DNA of 64,000 bases, taken from contig JAPOIY010000013.1 of NCBI GenBank assembly GCA_029978705.1, forward strand, positions 455 through 64,454. The letters are read 5' to 3'. Within the stretch, counting starts at the first letter, position 1, and each line of letters begins with the position of its first letter. Below are positions 59,149 to 64,000 of this stretch, in pieces. This DNA comes from Actinomycetota bacterium (GTDB lineage: Bacteria > Actinomycetota > Actinomycetes > S36-B12 > GCA-2699445). The notes under the pieces are model-generated. The model was not told the origin of the DNA and made no database searches. It was given only the letters and a program-made list of their open reading frames with translations. Made by a program: the position numbers and the translations under genes.

Positions 59149-59724
59149 ATGCTGTTGTCCGACCGCGATATTCGCGCCGAAGTGGCTGCGGGCCGCGTCA
59201 TGATGGAGCCGTACTCGGAGGAGATGGTGCAGCCGTCCAGCCTGGACGTCCGCCTCGACAAGTACTTCCGGGTGTTCGAGAACCACCGGTACCCGCACAT
59301 CGATCCCGCCGAAGAGCAGCCCGACCTCACGCGTGAGGTGGAGGCGTCGGGGGACGAGCCGTTCATCCTGCACCCGGGTGAGTTCGTCCTGGCGTCGACG
59401 TTCGAGGTGGTGTCGTTGCCCGACGACGTGGCGGGCAGGCTGGAGGGCAAGTCCAGCCTGGGCCGGTTGGGACTGTTGACGCACTCGACGGCGGGCTTCA
59501 TCGACCCCGGCTTCAGCGGCCACGTGACCCTGGAGCTGTCCAATGTCGCGACGTTGCCCATCAAGCTGTGGCCGGGGATGAAGATCGGGCAGTTGTGCCT
59601 GTTCCGCCTCTCCTCACCCGCGGAGCATCCCTACGGCTCCGAGCGCTACGGGTCCCGCTACCAGGGGCAGCGCGGCCCGACCCCCAGCCGCTCGCATCTG
59701 AACTTCCACCGCAGCGACGTGTGA
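59149..59724 (+). CDS. dcd: dCTP deaminase (actinobacterial bifunctional dCTP deaminase/dUTPase type)
   Basis: [11 protein letters not shown]...[11 protein letters not shown]...[37 protein letters not shown]...[12 protein letters not shown] is near-colinear with my recollection of M. tuberculosis Dcd. Confidence 0.95.
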   Translation: MLLSDRDIRAEVAAGRVMMEPYSEEMVQPSSLDVRLDKYFRVFENHRYPHIDPAEEQPDLTREVEASGDEPFILHPGEFVLASTFEVVSLPDDVAGRLEGKSSLGRLGLLTHSTAGFIDPGFSGHVTLELSNVATLPIKLWPGMKIGQLCLFRLSSPAEHPYGSERYGSRYQGQRGPTPSRSHLNFHRSDV

Positions 59725-59809
59725 CCGGCCTCCGCCTACAGACCGGGAACGACAGGGCTGATACGTTCCAGATGGAGAGTCTCTGGACGATCAGTCGAAG
59801 GAAGAAGCC

Positions 59810-60622
59810 ATGAGCAGCACCCCGCCACCCGGTCCTCCCGCCCCGCCGCCCGATGGCGGTGTCCCCCCCGGTGCCACACCACCGCCGGGACCCGGGCAGC
59901 CCGGGGCGGGCGGCGCGGCTGCGTATTCGGTCAGCGACGCCTTCAACTACGGATGGAAGAAGTTCCAGGAGAACCTCGGGGCCTGGATCCTCGGGATCCT
60001 GATCCTCTTCGTCGGGCTGGCGATCATCGAGGTCCTGTACCAGCTCGTGTTCGGGGGCCTCGTCGGCGCCACGACCGAGACCCGCTACGACCCGGCCACC
60101 GGGCAGATGGAACTGGTCAACAGCGGCGGCTTCGTCGTCTCCCTGATCGCCGCCTTCGTCCTGGCCATCCCGCTGGCCATCCTGGGCATGATCGTGCAGG
60201 CGCAGATCGTGCGCGCCGGCCTCGCCACGTGCGAGGGGAAGATCGAGCTCGGCAAGTTCTTCGAGACACGACGGCTGGGTCCGGTCATCGTGGCCGCCAT
60301 CATCGCCGGCCTGTTGACCCTGCTCGGTGTCATCGCCTGCTATGTCGGCGCCATCATCGTGGCGTTCTTCGTGCAGTTCTACGCGTACTTCGTGTTGGAC
60401 CGGGACAAGAAGCCCTGGGATTCGATCAAGGCGTCGTTCGCCTTCGTGAACCAACACCTCGCCAACATCATCGTGCTGTTCCTGGCCAGCCTGCTGGCCG
60501 TGGTCATCGGCGCCCTCCTGTGTGGCGTCGGGCTGTTGATCGCCTACCCCGTGGTCGCGATCGCCCACGCCTACACGTTCAAGGTGCTCAACGATGAGCC
60601 GGTGGCACCCGTCACCGCCTGA
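59810..60622 (+). CDS. Pro-rich N-terminus polytopic membrane protein (tandem paralog 1)
   Basis: GAAGGAAG Shine-Dalgarno. Pro/Gly-rich head, then YSVSDAFNYGWKKFQEN and about 5 TM helices. C-terminal block FYAYFVLDR..K.WDSIKASFAFVNQHL.NIIVLFLAS is shared with the next gene. Confidence 0.75.
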   Translation: MSSTPPPGPPAPPPDGGVPPGATPPPGPGQPGAGGAAAYSVSDAFNYGWKKFQENLGAWILGILILFVGLAIIEVLYQLVFGGLVGATTETRYDPATGQMELVNSGGFVVSLIAAFVLAIPLAILGMIVQAQIVRAGLATCEGKIELGKFFETRRLGPVIVAAIIAGLLTLLGVIACYVGAIIVAFFVQFYAYFVLDRDKKPWDSIKASFAFVNQHLANIIVLFLASLLAVVIGALLCGVGLLIAYPVVAIAHAYTFKVLNDEPVAPVTA

Positions 60623-60737
60623 CCGGACAGGGTGCCCCCACATCTCAGACCGGTATCCCTGGGGCGCGCCTACCTGACCCTCCCGCGCGGGCGGGCTATC
60701 TTCGACGCGTCCGCAGCCCCGACCTCTGGAGCAGACA

Positions 60738-61706
60738 GTGAGTGACAACGTCCCGCCTCCCGGCGGCAACGTCCCCCCCGGCGGCCAGGACCCCGCCGCG
60801 TCCGGAGGCACGCCGCCTCCGCCTCCGCCGGCGGCCCCCACACCTCCGCCCGCACCGCCGACACCGCCGTCGGCGGCCCCCACGCCGCCTCCCGCGAGCC
60901 CGCCGCCGGCGGGCTTCGGTGGTCCTGCGGCCCCGCCTCCCGCGGGAGGTCCGCCCATGCCCGCCGCCGCGAGCTTCCGCTACTCGGTCAGTGACGCGTT
61001 CAACTACGGGTGGAAGAAGTTCCAGGAGAACATCGGCCCGTGGATCCTCGGCTGCCTGATCGCCCTGGCGGCGATGGTCGTTCTGTATGTGATCTTCCTG
61101 GTCATTCTGTTCCCGATCATGGCGTCGAATTCGGTCACGGTGGTCGAGACCCGCAACGGCACCGCGGAACTCGTCACGACCGGAGGCTCCAGCACCCTGA
61201 CCATCATCATCTCGGTGATCTTCGGCGTGCTCATCGCCCTCCTGGGCTGGATCATTTCGGCACAGTTCGTGCGTGCTGCGCTCGGTGTCACGGACCGCGG
61301 CAAGATCGACCTCGGCATCTTCTTCAAGGGCGAGTACCTCGGTATCGTGATCGTCGCGGCGATCATCCTGTCGGTCATCCAGTTGGTGCTGGGACTCATC
61401 GGGATCATCCCGATCCTGGGCTGGATCATCCAGTTCATCGGGTCGATCCTGGTCAGCTTCTTCGCCCAGTTCTACGCGTACTTCGTGCTGGACCGGCATG
61501 AGAAGGCGTGGGACTCGATCAAGGCGTCGTTCGCGTTCGTCAACCAGCACCTGTCGAACATCATCGTCCTGTTCCTGGCCAGCGTCCTGGCGCTGTTCAT
61601 CGGGGCGATCCTGTGTGGCATCGGACTGTTCATCGCCATCCCGGTGACAGCCATGGCGCACGCGTACACGTACCGGTGCCTCAACCGGGAACCGATCGCA
61701 GCCTGA
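60738..61706 (+). CDS. Pro-rich N-terminus polytopic membrane protein (tandem paralog 2)
   Basis: GTG 60738. Longer Pro-rich head (about 90 aa), same conserved N- and C-terminal blocks as 59810-60622, divergent central helices. Confidence 0.75.
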   Translation: MSDNVPPPGGNVPPGGQDPAASGGTPPPPPPAAPTPPPAPPTPPSAAPTPPPASPPPAGFGGPAAPPPAGGPPMPAAASFRYSVSDAFNYGWKKFQENIGPWILGCLIALAAMVVLYVIFLVILFPIMASNSVTVVETRNGTAELVTTGGSSTLTIIISVIFGVLIALLGWIISAQFVRAALGVTDRGKIDLGIFFKGEYLGIVIVAAIILSVIQLVLGLIGIIPILGWIIQFIGSILVSFFAQFYAYFVLDRHEKAWDSIKASFAFVNQHLSNIIVLFLASVLALFIGAILCGIGLFIAIPVTAMAHAYTYRCLNREPIAA

Positions 61707-61716
61707 GCATTCCCCT

Positions 61717-61752
61717 GACTCGACCCCCGGCGGCCCCGCCGGGGGTCGAGTC
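61717..61752 (+). terminator. Strong GC hairpin downstream of paralog 2 (terminator-like, no U-tract)
   Basis: GACTCGACCCCCGGC-GGCCCC-GCCGGGGGTCGAGTC has a perfect 15-bp stem and starts 10 nt after the stop at 61706. It is followed by acgtcc, so it is not a canonical intrinsic terminator. Confidence 0.45.
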
Positions 61753-61780
61753 ACGTCCGGGTCCTGGTTACCGTGGAGAC

Positions 61781-62209
61781 GTGACGGAGCAACGCACGGG
61801 AGTACCCGCCCGGTTCGGGGTGTTTCTCGCCGCCGGGGTCGGGACGGCGGGGCTGGTCGCGCTCATGGCCCCCACCGTCCGCGGGATCACCGTCGTGCCC
61901 CCGTGCCTGTTCCACACCGTGACCGGACTGGACTGCCCGTTCTGCGGGGGGACCCGCGCCACGCGGGCGCTGCTCACGGGGGATGTCGGCGCTGCGGCCG
62001 ACTTCAACATCCTGGTGCCCCTGCTGGCGGTCGTGGCCATCGCCCTCGGCGGGTGGTGGCTCGCGGCCCGTACCGAGCGCGTGTCCTTCGACGGGGCGGC
62101 CGCCGTGCTGCGCAGTCGGGCCGTGTGGCTCGGGATCGTGGCTGCGCTGGCCCTGTTCTGGGTGCTGCGCAACCTGCCGTGGCTCGGCTACCTCAGTTCC
62201 GGCGGGTGA
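61781..62209 (+). CDS. DUF2752 domain membrane protein
   Basis: CLFHTVTGLDCPFCGGTRATRALL is the DUF2752 CPxCGxTRA signature. It is followed by 2-3 TM helices. GTG 61781. Confidence 0.8.
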   Translation: MTEQRTGVPARFGVFLAAGVGTAGLVALMAPTVRGITVVPPCLFHTVTGLDCPFCGGTRATRALLTGDVGAAADFNILVPLLAVVAIALGGWWLAARTERVSFDGAAAVLRSRAVWLGIVAALALFWVLRNLPWLGYLSSGG

Positions 62210-62270
62210 CCCCGGATAGGGTGGCGGCTGGGCTCCCGGGCCCCCGTACGGCGACGGTGGAGGGATCGAC

Positions 62271-63017
62271 ATGCGCATCGACACGGGTTACGAGGACGTC
62301 GTCGTCGCCGGGCGCCCCATGCGAACCTTCGTGGCCGCGCCGGCGGACGGGCACCCGTACCCCGGGATCGCGTTCTACTCGGACATCTTCCAACTGACGG
62401 ACTCGACCCTGCGGTGGGTGTCCCGCCTGGCCAGTTACGGCTTCGTGGTGGCGGCGCCGGAGATCTACTACCGCATCGAGGAGCCCGGTACCGTGCTGGC
62501 CTTCGACGATGCGGGCAAGGAGCGGGGGCAGGCGGATGTCGGTGCCCTGAGCGCCGCGGAGTTCGACGTCGACATCGCGCAGTTGCTGGCGTGGCTGCGG
62601 CAGCAGCCCCGGGTGTCCGACGCCCCGCTCGGCGCTGCCGGCCACTGTACGGGCGGTCACCTGGCGTTCCGGGCGGCCTTCGATCCGGCTGTCGCGGCCA
62701 CGGCCTGTTGGTACCCGACGGGCCTCGCCGACGGCGTCCTCGGGTCGGACCCCGACGCCGGCAGCCTGCAGCATGCGTCCGAGATCCCGGGAGAACTCCT
62801 GCTGATCTTCGGGGGCGCGGATCCCCACACCCCGGCCGCGGCCCGCGAGGCCCTCCGGGCCGGGCTGGACGCGGCCGGAACCCGCTACGAGTGGGTTCTC
62901 GTGGACGGTGCGGAACACGCCTTCGGTCGCGACGTCGGGCCGCGATGGGACCCGCAAGCGACCGACGAGGCGATGGGACTGACGGTTACCTTCTTTCGCC
63001 GCACCCTGACCCGTTGA
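62271..63017 (+). CDS. Dienelactone hydrolase family protein
   Basis: GGAGGGA Shine-Dalgarno. GIAFYSDIFQ, nucleophile elbow GHCTGG, and C-terminal GAEHAF His motif. Confidence 0.85.
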   Translation: MRIDTGYEDVVVAGRPMRTFVAAPADGHPYPGIAFYSDIFQLTDSTLRWVSRLASYGFVVAAPEIYYRIEEPGTVLAFDDAGKERGQADVGALSAAEFDVDIAQLLAWLRQQPRVSDAPLGAAGHCTGGHLAFRAAFDPAVAATACWYPTGLADGVLGSDPDAGSLQHASEIPGELLLIFGGADPHTPAAAREALRAGLDAAGTRYEWVLVDGAEHAFGRDVGPRWDPQATDEAMGLTVTFFRRTLTR

Positions 63018-63038
63018 ACCGGGGGCGGCGACCGCGAA

Positions 63039-64000
63039 TCACGGCTTGGGCAGCTGGAACGGGTAGTCGGTGCCCCCCCAGGATCCGCCCACGGCAGCAG
63101 ACTTGTAGATCAACTGTCCGTAGGGGTAGAGGCCCCACTGAGTGCAGTAGGGGTTGGCAAAGGTCCTCTGGCCAAGCGGCTTTTCCTTGTCGTACTGATA
63201 GGTGAGCCCGCAGCCCGACTGCTCATAGTTATCCATGTTGACTGTCCCGAGGGCCGGCGTGGCATTGGTCACGGGTTCGGCTCCGATAACCGGGGGGGTG
63301 ACCTGGGCCGGCTTGGGGAGCTGGGGGCGGCCCTGCGTCTGGTAGAAGAGCTCCTTGTTCGGATCGAACTTGAGGCCGCTCGGCTTGGGGAAGACGTACC
63401 ACGTCTGGACGTCACTGGCGCCGGCGACGAAGGGCGTCGAGGGGTGGGTCGTCTGGCGTTGTGCGCAGTTGCTGGTCAGGGCCGTGCCGGCCGCCCGATC
63501 GGCGATGAACTGCTGGAGGGCGCCACCCGACAGTTGATACTTATCCGTCGTTGAGCCGACATTGTCGGCGAACGGGAAGGCGAGCACGTTGAGGTGGTCG
63601 GCCGCCTGGTAGGCGTCGGTGGCAGGTGGGTTGGGGTTCGCCACACCTGTGGCCACGGGCGTCCAGTAGACCCCCATGTTGGCGCCGGCCTTGCAGAAGT
63701 TCTCCTGGAAGGCCGCGTTGACCTGGGACAGCGTGACCTGGTCGGCTGTTCCGGAGATGAGCTGCAGCGGCAGGTCCTTGGGGTAGAGGTCGGTGCTGTT
63801 GTCGTTCTTCGTGATGGCGGGAGTCATGGAGCCGAAGACCGTGCTCCAGTTGTAGAAGGCCTGCTGGTTATTGGTGTCGTTCGGGTCCTTCATGAACGGG
63901 GTGCCTTCACTCTCCAGCCCCCCGGGGAAGAAGTCCGCGGTGCTGGCGGTGAAGTCCTGGGTGGTGCAGTAGTTCTCGTACCGCGTCAGGTTCTGGATCG
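63039..64000 (-). CDS. Secretory lipase (LIP family)-like protein, 5'-truncated by window edge, with extra Cys-containing C-terminal domain
   Basis: The reading frame stays open beyond the ORF-track Met at 63893 to base 64000 (..IQNLTRYENYCTTQDFTASTADFFPGGLESEGTPFMKD..). LPLQLISGTADQVTLSQVNAAFQENFCKAGANMGVYW resembles the LIP-family C-terminal catalytic region. Assignment is tentative. Confidence 0.55.
   Translation of the reverse strand, partial: IQNLTRYENYCTTQDFTASTADFFPGGLESEGTPFMKDPNDTNNQQAFYNWSTVFGSMTPAITKNDNSTDLYPKDLPLQLISGTADQVTLSQVNAAFQENFCKAGANMGVYWTPVATGVANPNPPATDAYQAADHLNVLAFPFADNVGSTTDKYQLSGGALQQFIADRAAGTALTSNCAQRQTTHPSTPFVAGASDVQTWYVFPKPSGLKFDPNKELFYQTQGRPQLPKPAQVTPPVIGAEPVTNATPALGTVNMDNYEQSGCGLTYQYDKEKPLGQRTFANPYCTQWGLYPYGQLIYKSAAVGGSWGGTDYPFQLPKP

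Overview
High-GC (about 70% by eye) actinobacterial chromosomal segment. It is mycothiol-type: it carries mycoredoxin, LCP ligase, L,D-transpeptidases and a PlsB/HAD-PlsC pair arranged as I recall for Mycobacterium. A finer taxonomic guess would be inference only. About 62 tightly packed protein genes are supported. I saw no rRNA, tRNA, CRISPR array, transposase, integrase or phage gene, so this reads as core or ordinary chromosome, not an obvious island.

Content in order:
- An arsenic/metal islet: arsR, DUF2127, CadI/ArsI-like VOC, acr3, arsC, DUF305.
- Many secreted or cell-envelope proteins: two S8 peptidases, a GH18 chitinase, two L,D-transpeptidases, LCP, a CHAP-like protein, a beta-helix protein, and TolB-like and YWTD-like propellers.
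- Lipid genes: DAG-kinase-like, PlsB-like, HAD-PlsC fusion, an extra PlsC-like gene, fadH, and a partial lipase.
- Redox genes: mycoredoxin, 1-Cys peroxiredoxin, nitroreductase, P450, AKR.
- Transporters: three MFS, SulP-STAS, ACR3.
- Regulators: a PAS/LuxR protein and a CHASE3-like/HAMP/SpoIIE phosphatase.
- dcd.

Signals not explained by ordinary gene calls:
1. A dispersed intergenic palindromic repeat family with a GTCGCATGCGAC core, at three loci.
2. A pair of diverged two-domain secreted hydrolase-like paralogs bracketing an L,D-transpeptidase and mycoredoxin.
3. An unlisted 38-aa cysteine-rich ORF with a strong Shine-Dalgarno, divergent from the P450.
4. A HisA-like protein in which both catalytic aspartates appear substituted, sitting next to phospholipid acyltransferases.
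5. A PAS/pseudo-receiver/LuxR regulator.
6. Tandem mosaic membrane-protein paralogs next to DUF2752.
7. A recurring Pro/Thr linker plus strongly basic C-terminal module on several secreted proteins.

All family assignments come from motif recognition by eye. No database search was run. I cannot point to a clearly novel multi-gene system with confidence.
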